Source: Amphiscolops sp. MND2022 (lineage: Eukaryota). From it: DNA of 64,000 nucleotides. Positions 48,601 to 62,714 of this stretch are shown piece after piece. The translations under genes and the position numbers were made by a program. Within the stretch, counting starts at the first letter, position 1; each line of letters begins with the position of its first letter. The notes under the pieces are model-generated. The model was not told the origin of the DNA, made no database searches, and worked only from the letters and a program-made list of their open reading frames with translations. The stretch is from contig OZ076409.1 in NCBI GenBank assembly GCA_964187785.1, positions 97,466,001 through 97,530,000 on the forward strand, in the 5' to 3' direction.

Positions 48601-51600
48601 TCATTTAGAACAGCACTTTGAAACAACTTGCGGTACAAATGATAACAATAGAATCTGACCTAAACTGGAAATGCCGCAATAAGTGACCAAAATGGGCCAG
48701 AAACTACTGAACCTATATATCCTTATTGAGGTCCACTAGCGTCTGCAGCCAAACTACACAATCAGACAAATTAGTTCAAAACGCAATGAGCAAAAACCAT
48801 CTATTTGAACATTAGTTGTTGCATTGATAAATAATTTTTATACCAGCAAACAAAATGAAAACATTAGTGACTGTTACACCAACGGCCGTTAAAAGTAACG
48901 AAAACTGCAAGTCATCACAAAGATGTTTTTAGTAGCGCTTTCTCTAAGAAAAAGTGCCAGAATCTTATAAATTGTGCAATTTTTGTCATACGACAATCCT
49001 CACACTGTATGGTCCACTTTTTAGACTTTTAGCCAAAGGTATAATATTCTACATGTCTGCATCCAGTTCAAAACTACATGAGACCAAAAGGTCCCCCTTC
49101 GTGTATTTTTCGGCACTGTGAGAATTTCTTTTTTTTTCAAAAACAGGTCCTTAGCGCATTTGAAGTACTTAGCTATTTTTAGGCCTTAGACGGGACATCG
49201 ATTCAAGACGTTCCTATCTAGCTTTTACTTCGTATCCCTCTGTAAATAAAATGAGCATAATACCTCTTAGGAGTGAGCCTCAAAGGAAAGATGAGTTGAT
49301 TGCGGCTAATCCAGCGGTGAATCCCAAAACCAACCAGGTACGAGTAAAGAACTTGATACTGTTTCACAAGTTGAGGCATGAACTAATAATTCCTTAGCTT
49401 GAGGGCCATTTCACAGCAGCAACTTCAACAAGTAAGTTCTCGCTCTAACAATAACACTCTTTGGATTATCTCATAAAAACTACTGAAAAGCAGATTTTCC
49501 TTGTCAGTTTCAAAATAGGAAAATAATTATGTAAGCCAGACAACTGGAGCCAGGGATTCAATGTGGAGTAGGACACTTTTTGTACTGTAAGTTTTCCAAC
49601 TTTTCCTTGAAGCAGAGTTTTGACACCGCTAATTAGCGATTTAGCATATTAGCGGCCGCACAGATTTTTTCAGCGATTCAAATTAGCTGCAACTAATAGA
49701 TTGTCCAAATTCAAAATTTCTCCGGAAAATACACAGAGTTTCAAAATGAATTGCGAAAAATTCCAACGCTTACACTTGTAAAATTCAGACACTATAAAAA
49801 TTCTAGTTTCCTTTCTGACAGTAACTGGATTAAGTTATCATGTAATTTTCTTGTATTCAAACAATTCATTATTTGTTCTTGTATTCAAACATTTTTAAAA
49901 AAGTTTTTCAGCTAAATAACGATTTAGGGAACAAAAATAGCGATCTCAAAACTCTTTTATACTGTAAGTTTTTCAAATTTTCCTTGAATAAACCTTTTCA
50001 AGAGGAATTCAGGCTAATTTTCGGCTTTGTGCGACAAGAAAATGGAGCCAAGTAATGGCATAGTGGAGTTGGTATAATTGAGAACTCACTGCAGTCAGTA
50101 CTAGCTTTGTTCACTCGTTGACCGTGTAGGCTTTTGTTGTTATTGATATGAGGACAAATATGAAGAGAGCATGATTAAACTAAATTCGGGCGAACTACAG
50201 TGACGTCATCATTGCTATATGGTGAGGTAGAATGGTGGAGGTAGAAGAATGAACTTGTGTGTACTTGTAACTTGTAATAATAATTACAAGCAAGGTTATA
50301 ACTACAAGTAATTGGTTATAACCCCTCGGGTTCTCAGCGAAACGGCAATGCCAAATTGTTGGGTTCCAGAGCCATCGAACAATAAAACATGTCGTCTTTT
50401 CCTCTTCGACAAACACAGATCTCCAATTCACAGCTGTAAGAGATCAACATGGTTTTCCAGGCAAAGATCTTTCGATGCTCATTCTTACCTGCAATTAGAA
50501 TTACAACAATGAAGGTATATCAAAGTACAAAGTTAAATTTAGAGGGGGACAGTTAAATGAACAAAAGATTGGTAAGACATTACTAGTAGAATAGTGGAAT
50601 AGGAGAATTGACCCGTCTTCATCAATTTGAATACGACAATTGAAGGTTAACAAAACGCCCGCTATGCACCGGGATATTTTCCGCATTCAATTGGCTAACA
50701 ATAGATGCTTAATCGAATATTTACCTCCTCCATGGTAAAACGCAATTTACTTTGGATATAACGTCAAATTCGGATATAGCGCAATTTTTTAGAGCCTCCG
50801 CTTCCTCCTTAGTAAAACACAATCAACTTCGGATACAACCTTAAAAGTTCGGAAAAAGCGTGCTGGGAAAATGGCAACTTTTTCTGAGCACCAGAATGTT
50901 AAATAAGAAGAGTAAAAAGTGGAGATTTGGTAAAATTTGGAAGAAACAAGCCCCGAGAACGGCCAAAGTCGGCGCTAAATCTAAAGCTCAAAAAGTGCAA
51001 AATTTTCAAAATATGCTCATGACGTTTTATGAAAAACTCACAAAAAAGTTTCACCCAAAGGAAGCCTTCTGTGCTGGGAAAACGCTTCAGAAGTTCGGAT
51101 ATAGCGGCTGGGACAAATGCGAGCACTTGTTTTCGAACCTCCGCCTCCTCCTCAGTGAAACGGAATATACTTCGGAAATAACGTCAAAAATTCGGATAAA
51201 GCGCTTTACTCCGGATATTACGTTCAAATTTCGGATATTGAAAAAAAATATTGGTGGATATGTATTGAGAAAACCTAATGTCAGATGAAAAATGACAATT
51301 TTGAACAGTCTCATTGTGCCGAAAAATCTGAAAGGGGGGACCCTTCGGGATTTTCAAACATCTAATATGTTCCAAAATATCCAAAAAAATTGAAGGGGGA
51401 CTCTTTGGTACAATCAAAAAATTTTCGAAAAAAGTCTCATAGTGCCGAAAAAAATCCAAGTTAAAAACACCCAGATAGCCAAAGTGGGGATCCTTTTCAA
51501 GGTTCTGGACGTCGGTTTTATAATTTTGGATGAGGTTCTAAGGTTTGCGGTATGTTTTGGTCAAACTGAACAAATGAACAAAAAGTGGACCTTACGCGAG

Positions 51601-54600
51601 TAAAACAACTACCCACTGTAAGAGTCGGGCACATTTTCTACTAAAATGCGCCGACTAAAAAAAAACGACCCAGTGTAAGAGTCGGGCACATTCTCTACTA
51701 AAATGCGCCGACTAAAAACGGAACACATTTAATGATTATCCTCCTCATGCACAAATAATATAGTGGGGGCGGTAAATAACAAGCCGAGAACGGCCAAAGT
51801 CGGCGCCATATCTAAGGCTCAAAATTTAAAAGGGGGACCCTTCGGGCTTCGTGAAACTCCAGCTGGTTGCAAAAAATTTTTAAAAAATTGAAGGGGGACC
51901 CTTTGGAGACATGAAAAAATTTCCCAAAAAATTTTTCAATGAGATTTTTGAACAACGTCACAGTGCCGAAAAATGTAAAAGGGGGGACCCTTTGCAATTT
52001 TTTGACATCCATTGTGTTGCAAAATATCGAAACAAATGAAGTGGGGACCCTCTGGTGCAATCCAAAAAACTTCAAAAAAAAGTCGCATAGTGCCGAAAAA
52101 AAGTGGGGCTAAGGTGGGATCTTTAGTGTGTTTTCGAGGTTGTGGACGTCTGTTTTGTTTTTTCTTTTCGTTTTGGACGCGCTTCTGAGGTTGGAGTTGT
52201 TGAGGTTTGAAGTTGTTGCGGTTTGAGGTTGTTGAACAAATGAACAAAAAAGTGGAACTTTCGTGTCTAAAAAAACTACCCACTGTAATAGTCGGGCACA
52301 TTTTCTACTAAAATGCGCCGACTAAAAATACGGAAATAAAAGAAATAATTGCGCACCTTTCTTTTTGAGAAATTTCAGCAAAATTATCGATGGACGAAAT
52401 GCTCGTGTAACTATTTGAGAAAAATAGACCCCCATGAGGTAGAGTAATAATTCTGCTTGAGTAGCAATAATCATAATTTCAATGTTAAATGATATAGAAC
52501 ATCTGAAAAAACTATACATTCCTGTCAATCCATTATATAGCGCACAATTATTCACTGTACCAATTTACACCGCCTCTGATTCTTCTTGGACTAAAGAAAA
52601 GACAGCTATTGACCGTTTACGACATTGAGCATTCGTATATGAATACAGGCGAAGCTCTCGGCGAACGAATGGTTAACACTCATTCGCTTCATCTCAATGA
52701 AAGCGCTGCATGGCTGATACGAGATTTGAATAAACTAGCTAAAGACTTGGAGCAGCCAATAGAAATTGGCAAACGAATTGAGTCGACAAAGTGGTCTCAA
52801 AAAATCACATTTACGGTTTCTATAACAATCCAGCTTGCGCGGAAATATTAGATAGCGGATCAAATTTATATACATAGAGGCGAAGCCGTGCTTCGCAAAC
52901 ACTCGGGAACATTTGAAGAAAAAAAAAACAAAAAAACAATGCCATATGGAGAACCAAGGGTACAAGGACATTATTGTTGAAACTTCATCAATTTTACAGC
53001 GCCAAAAATAAACAAGGGAATATGCATAAGACTCGAAAACCATTTTTCCCCAACTGGAGACAAAACCTCTCAAAAAACTAAAAATTGAGGAATATATATT
53101 TTTTCGAAAACTTTTTGATGAAGGTCTGCAGTAAGTCGAATAGTGCCGAAAACCCTGAGGAGTCCTTTATCCTCGTTTCGATTCTAGTAAAAATTGAGGG
53201 GGCCTTCGATGAAAACAAATAAGAAAAAGTTCCATAGAAAAAACTCCGGTCTTTGAAAAAAAAATCGGATATAGCGTGCTGGGCCTGAGAAAACCTAATT
53301 TTAAGACGAACCATTCATTTTGAAAAATCTCACAATGCCGAAAACTAAAAGGGGGACTCTTTGAGATTTTTAAACATCCATTGTTGCAAAAACATCAAAA
53401 AATTGAAGGGGGACCCTTTGGAGACTTTAAAAAATTTCCGAAAAAATGAGTTTTGAAGTCTCATAGTGCCGAAGAATCTGATAGGACCTTCTGGGATTTT
53501 TTAACATTCGTTCTATTGCAAAACATCAAAAAATTAAGGGGGCCATTTGGGGACGAAACTTTCGACGAAAGTGTCACAAGGCCGAAAAAAGTGGAAAGGG
53601 GGACCCTTCTGCACCCGAATGCTTGTAAAAAAACTAGCGCATACGCACCAGTTCGAACACGAACTCTCTGGGTTGAAAAGCAAGCATCTTACCACTAGAC
53701 AACGAACGCCTAAACTGGGCTACTTGCCGGCTGAAACGAGAGTTGTCGCGCGGAAAAAAGCATCCGCACTTTCCCGAGTAAAAGTTGCAAAACAACACAG
53801 GATATCGGGAAAGATTAAGGACTGAACCCTCGTGGAATTTTATTTTTATTAGTTCACACTCCTGTTCTTATTCTTGAAAATAAAAGATCAAAATTGAGCA
53901 AAAATGATATCAGCATATCAGTTACATACATAAACATGAAATTTTGCCAACAAGAATTCAATTTCACGAACTAAAACCTGCTCCAATACTTACTTTTATT
54001 TCTGTCAAGATTCATCTATTGATGATACTCAGCTAGGAAATTTCAGCTTCCCAACCATTGCAAAACGGAGTAAAAATCAACTTTTTGATGAATAATTTAC
54101 TTTCATATGTATGAACACTCAGCATGAAATTCTTCAAGAAATTGTTGATTTTTGCTATGAATGCAAACAAAATGAGGATGTCAAGTTTTTCGAGATGAGG
54201 GTATATTTGGTTCCCAGACAGTGAAACGAGTGCAAATGTTGACTCTTTTCTGTTTCCAACCACCACCAAAATTTTTGAAAGTAAATTTCCTTAAAAATTT
54301 CAGACTAGCCTAATTAAAAGTAAAACCTTCTTTCATAACAGGAAGTTAAGGTCTATTAGTTTTTCGTTTGAACAAAACATTTTTCACACATTTTGACTGT
54401 GATTATGTTGAAAATTAACTGTTTTTTGTGACTCAAAACAGGAAGCTGTTGATTTTCTGATCAAAAATGAGTGGCTTCATAAGGAAAAATAGTGTGAACA
54501 AGTTTTATATCTCAATATCTCCAAATTTTCACACTGGAAATGAAAGAAAAATGAAGGTTTCTGGTTTGTATTCAATCTTTTTAAAATTTTCACTAAAAAA

Positions 54601-55865
54601 TTTGGTGGTACGGGGAAAACAGAAAGGAGCCCAAAAATTAAAGGCTATTTTCAAATATACGATTTCTACGAACTCCTCCGAATTGAATCCTAACAATGGG
54701 CAAGAAAATCAAACTTACCCTAACTAAATCTGCAAAAACCTTTTGACAAAATCTGGAACTTTTGACACAAATCGGAGTGCGAAACAATTCTTCTACTACT
54801 GTACAAGGATGCAAAAAAATCTGCGGAAAAGATGCTCTTCTAATCTGAACCTCGAAAGGGTGTTTCGACATTGCGAGACTTCCGAACTTTCATGAAAACA
54901 GTTATTCAGCATTTTTTTTGACCGTCAAACAAAATGAAACTTCTCAAGGCTGAAGAGACTCTCTTCTAGTTTTGAAATTATTCAAAAGCAGTTCGTGAAA
55001 GCTTCAAGTACTTTGCGCTTCTTGAGCTGGAAAACGAGGCTCCGACCTCAGCCACTACCATCTTGTTCACAAAATTTAATATTTTTTCTTCGGAAAAAAG
55101 TCTCAGGAACAAAAACAAAGATGCCACCCTTAAAGTTTGCCAGAGAAAAAACTTGATGCTAAATATAAAGATAACAAGACGCCCGCTAAGCACCGGGATA
55201 TTTTTCGCCCTGTTCGCCTTCACCAACTGAGCCATAGCTATTTTTGGAGGGGGAATAGGATCTAAAGTATAAGATCTAAAAGTTAGTGATTTTAGATCTT
55301 ATTCCTTTTAGATCTTATTCCCGCCCTGAAATTTTAGATCTTATTCCCTTTAGATCTTATTCCCTTTTTTGACTTAGATATTATTCCCGCTGTACGCTAT
55401 TTTAGTTACTTGATTATTTTAGTTACTAGTAGCTATATTAAATAGTCAAGTAATCAAAAGGTGGAGATTTGGCAAAATTTGGAAAAAAAAACGCGTCACA
55501 GGTCATGATTTTCCTCCCCCATTTATAAAATGTGGCGTCGGAAAATAATAAAAATTGAATTCCGAGAAAACACAAATCTAAGTGTAGTTCCTTAGAATTT
55601 TCTGAAAAAAAACATTGTCGACTTCAGTGGGTGGAAAAGTTTCTATCATGATTAGAAAATTGCTAAATTGGGTCGAAGACACTTAAATTTGACAAAAAAT
55701 GGCTCTAGATCAGAAAGTAGTAAATATAAGATGTCAAAAGTGATTTTTAGCATAAGTGTCTGTAAACAGATTTGGACGTGCTTCTACAAATTGATTGATG
55801 TTTGCTAAAAACTATTTCGATGACCTCCTAAAGAACTTAAGTATTCAGCAACAGTACTGCGATTA

Positions 55866-56311
55866 CTCTGTTGTGCTTAATAAGAGGGGGGGTCATATTT
55901 AGAGGGGGGGTCTAGCAAATTTCTGGCGGACAGTAAGAGGGGGGGTCTAAATTACAGGGGGGGTCTAAACAGCTGATTAATGTTGATGATTTGTTGATTG
56001 ATTTCCGAGATCAGTTTGTTGAAAAAGTTCTGGTGCTGACTGAGTGCTTGTTTCATGACACAAGGTGATCCTCCGATCCATCCAGTTTGTTTGAGAGAAA
56101 ATTTCTTTTAAATGCGAAAATTTCGTTTCAATGCCAAACTAGACTCCGCGTTTCTGTATGCTTTGCTCTTTCTGCCAGGGTTCGAACCTGGGCGTGAGCT
56201 TTTTTTTCTTTCGTGTTTGCTACCAGGGGGGGGTCATAATAAGAGGGGGGGTCCCTGATTTTCAGGCAGAGACAGTAGTAGGTACCCCCCCTCTTATTAA
56301 GCACAACAGAG
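55866..56311. mobile_element. TA-flanked Tc1/mariner-type MITE nested in the 55852-56936 element
   Basis: TIR CTCTGTTGTGCTTAATAAGAGGGGGG with TA on both sides. Confidence 0.85.
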
Positions 56312-59300
56312 TAAGAAATCGCGCCCTTTTGCACTGAGCCTCGTTATCAACCAATTAAAATTGTTCATTTGCTCGAACTTTCGATTTTGATGAGTGCTTC
56401 AAAAGAAATCTCAGGCGCAGAAAGAACACTTCTGTTATTTTCCCAGTTTTGGGTAGGGCGAAAAGTTAAATTCCTATCCTAATACATGTAAACCGACGAA
56501 ATTTTACGTTTCAAGCATGATATTCCAAAAACGGCTGATAATTTTTGAAATCAAAATATATCGATATATTCAGAAGATTTGTGAGAACTAATTGAGCATA
56601 AAACTTGTCAGAAAAACTGTGAATGAAACGAAATTCAGCTCGAAATCAGCTATTTGTAACTTTCTCAACTTTTGTCTCAGAATATTTAAAAAATACTAAT
56701 GTAAACTAGATGGTGTTTTTCCAGTCCAGTGCACCTCTAGAATCAGCTATTTGTAACTTTCTCAATTGTTATCTCAAATTCAAAAAATACCTATGTAAAC
56801 TAGATGAAATTCACACCGATGTAAACTAGATAAAATTATAAGAAATTTTCATTCCTGATGTTTTCAAAATTTTCAACAGATTTCGAGAAAATCGAGCCTA
56901 AAACCGCCCGGGATACTTTCTTAATCACAGTACTGTAGTTTGCTTCAGCCTAAATCATATTACAACACAGAGGCGAAGCCGTGCTTCGCAAACACTTGCG
57001 AACTTTTGAAGAAAACCAAATAAGCAATATCATACGGAAAACCAAGAGTAAAAGGAGATTAAAATTTCATCAATTTTACAGGGCCAAAAAATACCCGAAG
57101 GGATACGCGTAAGCCTCGAAAACCATTCTTCCCCAACTGAAAACAGCAAAAAAACCCATTCTTTCTCAACGGAAAACCTTAAACAGAAAATAGAAGAAAA
57201 AAATTTCAAAATTTTTCGAAAACATTTTTGATGGTCTCCGGTAAGTCGCAAAGCCTTGAGGAGTCCTCTCGCAAAACGTTTCGTTTCTTGTAAAAATTGA
57301 GCAGGGGCTTCGGTGAAAACAAATTTTGAAAAAGTCGCATAGAAAAAAGATCGGTCTTTAAAAAAACGGTCTTTTAAAACTAAAAATTGAGAAAAAATTT
57401 TCCGAATTTTTTCGAATTTTTTGAAGTTTCCGCTAAGTCGCATAGTGCCGAAAAATGTAAAAAAAGGGACCCTTTAGGATTTCATAACATTCGTTCTGTT
57501 GCAAGATATCAAAAAACTGAAAGGAGGACGCTTTGGGGACATTTAAAAAATTTCGAAAAAAAGGTCTCACAAAGCCGAAAAAAAGTCTCTCAAAGCCGAA
57601 AAGTCTCATAGTGCCGAAAAAAGTCAGAACCTTCTGCTTCGGAATACTTGTAAAAAAATTAGCGCATACCCACGGGTTCGAACACGAAACCTCTGGGTTG
57701 AAAAGCAAGCATCTTACCACTAGACCACGAACGCGTGAAACGTGCGAGTTGCCGCGTGAAATCAGTTGTCGCGCGGAAAAAAGCACCCGCACTTTCCCAT
57801 AACACTTGCTTATCGCAAGTGTAATCAGGGGTCCAATTCAATTTTCACAGTACCCTGTAGAAGTGTTCTGAACGATCGCAATTCCGTTGTCAAGAATAGC
57901 AAAAATCACATCCGTTACTGTTACGATTATGTTATTACGATTATGTGTTGATTACGAAAAATCATTAGCTTCGAAAATATCTTCGTTTAGTTTCTGAAAA
58001 CGTGTGAAAGTTCTGCGACAAAAATTACAAACGTCACACAATGTGAATTTTGACATATCCTCGACAGTACACCGAGATGTCAAACAATTGACAAGATTCT
58101 GGCCTTTTTTCAAAGCTTCATTTCTCCACAAATAATAGCCGCAGCTCCAATAGGTTTTCTGTTCCTGAAAGCCCTTTACCTAAACTTTCAAATGCACACT
58201 AGTTAGGTCGTGAGTTGGCGCCACTTGTTGGTGTGGGAGTGCCACCCCTTTCAAATGTCGGTTGAACTCATAACTGAAGCTTCATTGAAAAGACCTCTAT
58301 GTGCGTTTTCATTGGTGGCCTACTCTGTTACTATAGTGGGACAGTAACTTAGCAAACAGTTGCTCAGTTATTGAGAAAAAACGTATTTTCTGAAATATAC
58401 TTTTAAGCAATTTTTCATTTTTTTCAGTTGCTTTTTTGCCAGTGGCTCGGAAAAAATCTATAATGACTCAAATAACATTTCACACCAGATAGTCCAATAG
58501 ATTGTCGATAAGAAAGACAGTTTTTCGTTTTCCTCTATTCTTTTTGCGTGTCGTAATTTATTATTGATTGCAAAAAAAAACCGCTGTCCTCATATGAGGA
58601 CGAAATCACTGTCGAGGATATAATAATCAAATTTGCACTTTCTCAATTTTCAAGAAGTTGAAAAATGATTTTTCTGAAATCGTGAGCCAAGCAATAAAAT
58701 TTGCCCCAAAATCTTCTGACAATGCTAATAATAATTTTATTGGTAAGGATTTTGCGATTCCAAAAAATTATCAAATTTCTGAATACGACAGTATAGCCTA
58801 TCTTAATTCATGCATTGCAGTGCTCAAAGACACGCAATAGAAAAGAATTTTTCTGATTCAATGCAAAGTATGAATGAAGACAATTCAGTAGGCTCAGGAC
58901 GTTTTCGCAACCAAAATCTAAAAAAACTCAAATTTCAAATGAAAGTTTCTAAAACTTGCAGTTACAACTTTCTCAATCCGGGTCGTAGAAATTTCAAACA
59001 TTTTGCAAACTAGGTGAATTCAGTTGAATCCGCCTGATTCGTAACGCTGGGGTCCGAATGAAATAGTACGAATGCAGTGAGAAATACAATTTAACCGGAT
59101 TATATTACTTTGGTGGTCGCGAAATGGGGGTTTCAGATTCATACGAATTAAACGAAGATACGAATTATCCGGTTACGAATTGACCGGAGTTGACTGTATT
59201 TTGTATTTGAGACAGTTTACGATAAATTTGGTTTTGAATTGTGATATTTTGAAGCAATGGAGTTGCGAAATTGAAATTGAATTTTCGTATTTTGTGATAT

Positions 59301-60274
59301 CCCAGTCAACGCAGAAACTACAATAAATAGTCCTGGACCTAAACAACTTAGCTTCAAAAACAAAACTTGATGCAAAAAATAATTTGGCACAAAGGTTTGA
59401 TAGAGCTCTATAAATCTAACATGCCTGAAATTCAAAACACTGCCGAAATATTCCCAGAGGCCAAATGGCCAAGCTCACCCGCTTAAACCCTGTTCAAGCG
59501 ACAGGTCCCAGTGAACAAATAAATCTGATACTAATAGGCCTTTTAATAAATATAAATAGGAGCACCTTTTATGAGCAAATAGTAAAAAGCAGCAAAATCA
59601 TTTTTGGCGAAAAAATCTGATTCCTCATGAGAGCAGTAAGAATAATTACACCTCTAGACGTTCAATTTTGTATCTGTATTGTTTTTTTTAAAAAAACATT
59701 CATCACTTAAGTAATAGAGTAAATTTTTTCACGCAGCATACAAACATCGCCAAAAAATCAATTGCTAATAAATATTCACATCAGAAGCCGTCAAATAGGT
59801 GAAATAATTAGAAATATAAACTTTCTAAATTTTGAAAACTTGGAAAATTAGGATTATCAAGTTTCGGAATTGCAAAAAATTGATGCTTCTTACAGAAGGA
59901 AGGACCCAAAATATGCGAGGTAAAAATTGCACAATCTAATGATAAACATTGCTACTGAAAATTCAATGGATTTTCTATCCAATGCTCTTCTACGCGGGCT
60001 CAATTAACACTAGTCACTCCCCACTCCAGTGAATTCTCCATGTTTTAATATCCAAGTTGGTGAAACAGCATTATACCATTCTATTCTGTTCTCTGTTGAA
60101 TTGATGGTAGATTGTGAGGTGAGGTCATGTCAAAGCAGGGTCGGATAAAAATCGGCTTTTTTGAATGACTGATTCAAATTAGATTTCTTAAAAACTACTT
60201 GGATTTAAATGATTTTTTTATTTTTCAAAAAAGGATCGATTCCAAAGAATCAATCAACTTTTCACATTCAAATT

Positions 60275-60745
60275 GACACATTTCGTCCCATTTTTTAACA
60301 TTAAAACAGATTTCGTCCCATTTTTGACAGATTTCGTCCCAAATAATTATTATAACGTAGTCAGCTATGTTCACATACCCCTAGTGCCCTAAATGCAGGA
60401 GCGAAGCGGAGCGCAGCGACGTGCCATATGGCCATGCCTCAATGTTGCTACTTGGCGAAGGGAGCGAAGCGACCGAGCCATACAACAAATATGCTAACCT
60501 CTTCAAAAAAATCAAGTTCCATGCATATTGGCTGTAACAGCACCGAATGAAGAATCACCGAATAGATTATACCGATTAGCGCTTAATTTTGTGTATAGCA
60601 TAGAATATTTTCACATAATCCGGGACAAAATCTGTCAAAAATGGGACGAAATCTGTTTAACATGGGACGAAATCTGTTAAAAATGGGACGAAATCTGTCA
60701 AAATCCGACATGGGACGAAATCTGTCTGGGACGAAATCTGCCACA
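60275..60745. mobile_element. Foldback element with inverted arrays of CAGATTTCGTCCCA
   Basis: Left ATTTCGTCCCA x3 and right TGGGACGAAATCTG x5; the core is the reverse complement of about 325-515. Confidence 0.75.
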
Positions 60746-60950
60746 TTCGTGTCGCTCTAATAACATTAAAATGACTTATAATTGAATCAAGTAAGCATTT
60801 TATTTCGAGCAAAAATATCAATCAATGTTTGTGATCTTTATTCTTGTTTAAATTGTTTAAAATGTTTAGATTGTTTAAATCAGCCAACCCTTTGTCAAAG
60901 CAGGTCAGAAGATAAGGTCATGATACGAGATTGGGGTCAGAGGTCGAAGG

Positions 60951-61030
60951 TCAGACTTGAAAGAGGTCAAACTTGACGACCTGGCAGTAATTCTGTTTGA
61001 AGTTCCTCAGCACGACAAGCAGATGGTGAC
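60951..61030 (-). CDS. Terminal exon of the same unidentified gene (GHHLLVVLRNFKQNYCQVVKFDLFQV*), possibly the last strands of a beta-propeller
   Basis: tgtag acceptor, phase match, TGA stop, and minus-strand AATAAA at 60837-60842 and 60799-60804. The fold guess is inference only. Confidence 0.6.
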
Positions 61031-62714
61031 CTACAGTCATTCCCAGTTGAATTAAATTTTGAATTAGAATTTTCGTTTTGGTGGCTAAAAACGTTGGTTT
61101 GAAATTTCTGCGACAAGATTACAAACAATAGAAATCGTAAATTTTGACAGATAATAATCAAATTTGCATTTTTTCTCAATTTTCAAGAAGTTGAATTTTT
61201 TTTGAAATAGTGAGCAAAATATTCGCCCCAAAATCTCATGGCGATGCTAGTATAATTTTATTGGTAAAATTTTTCCAGTTTCATTCTTCCCATTTCTCTA
61301 ACTGTAAGGAGGCTCTGCATCTTACAGCGTACTGACACCCTAACTCTTTTCACTGACACGCCCTCCGTGTACTAAGGGCAAAAAATCCCATCTATCTACA
61401 CCAAATCCCGGTTTCAGTACGTGCGATCCTTTTATTGTTTTGCAAATAATTTGAATTAAATTTGCCATTACCAATGTTTCAATACTTTTTGTAGATTTGG
61501 TTTTATCTGTATAGTAAGTATTCAATCAATTTATAACTGGCAAAAAATATCATTCTCCAAAATTGAATTTAACAAGCTGTCAGAAACATGCCGATGCTTT
61601 CGAAACGCTGACGACTACGCCATTTCTCAGCGGAAAATGTGGCTCCAAAAATCCAAGTGTATATGATACTTAGCAAGCCGGGACCGGCATAAGTCGGCCC
61701 CGGCTTAAAGCTCAAAAACGCAAATCTACTTTAAAGCGTCAAGGAATCTTCTTTGAACAAATTCTCAGTCTCACAGAGCCGAAAAACCCGTTTTTGGGCT
61801 TGAAAGCGATTTTTCTCACTGATGACATCGAAAAACTAAAGCCCTTTGTGGAATAAAAATTTCCCCAAAAAACTCGTACAGTGCCGGAAATAACCCTCAA
61901 TTTTTTTTCTATCAAATAAAATTGTCAAAATGTGAAAAGGAGGACAATTCCAACCCATTCGTTAAATTTTTGTAGAATTTTCGCATTCGGCATTGAATGC
62001 TCACTTCGACAGGACTGAAAAAAACTGAGAAACAAAACGAAATGCCAGTATAATAGTCGCGCTTTATTTCATGAAGAGCCGACTAAAAACGGCGCCTTTG
62101 CGATTCAAGAACCTTTCTGGGACTCCAAATCTCAAAATATTTCACTTTTTTTGGGAAAATCTGATTTTTAAAATTCCCCGACAAAATCTTTCAGCTTCAC
62201 CCACGGAAATCAACGACGAAAAAAGGTCGCAATCTGTGTATTTATCATTGAACCTGAATTCTCTTGATGAAAATGCCGATAGATAAAAAAAATGCTTTTC
62301 AATTTTTGAACTTTTTGTTTCTTTTTTGAATGTTTGTGGCAGAAGAATAATCCAAGGTGGAAATGTCCCGGTGCTTGGCAGGGATCTCTTTTAAAATGAA
62401 CGGATGCGTTTCACTTATTATTAAGCGACACTTGTTCGTGAACAGTCAATTGATTAACTTAACGATGCATTAACAGATTTAGTTATAAACAGTGCATTAA
62501 CAGACAAAACAGTGCATTAACAAACTGTTAATGCACTGTTTAGAAAAGTTTGTTCACGCAAGAGTTTGGCTTAAACTGATTATTCGATGGCTTGTTCACA
62601 CATCTCGAAAATCATTTCAGTGTCGACTGAAATTAATTTCTCGATGCATGAACAAGCCATCGAATAACAACTAGTACTTAAAGAATGATGAACTGGAAAT
62701 GACAGGCGGGTGAC

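Noticed and set aside
9059..57841. Numerous K/F-rich ORFs of 60-170 aa (e.g. 9169-9672, 28070-28534, 57030-57443)
   Set aside because: They are translations of the family-A repeat, with no consistent frame between copies
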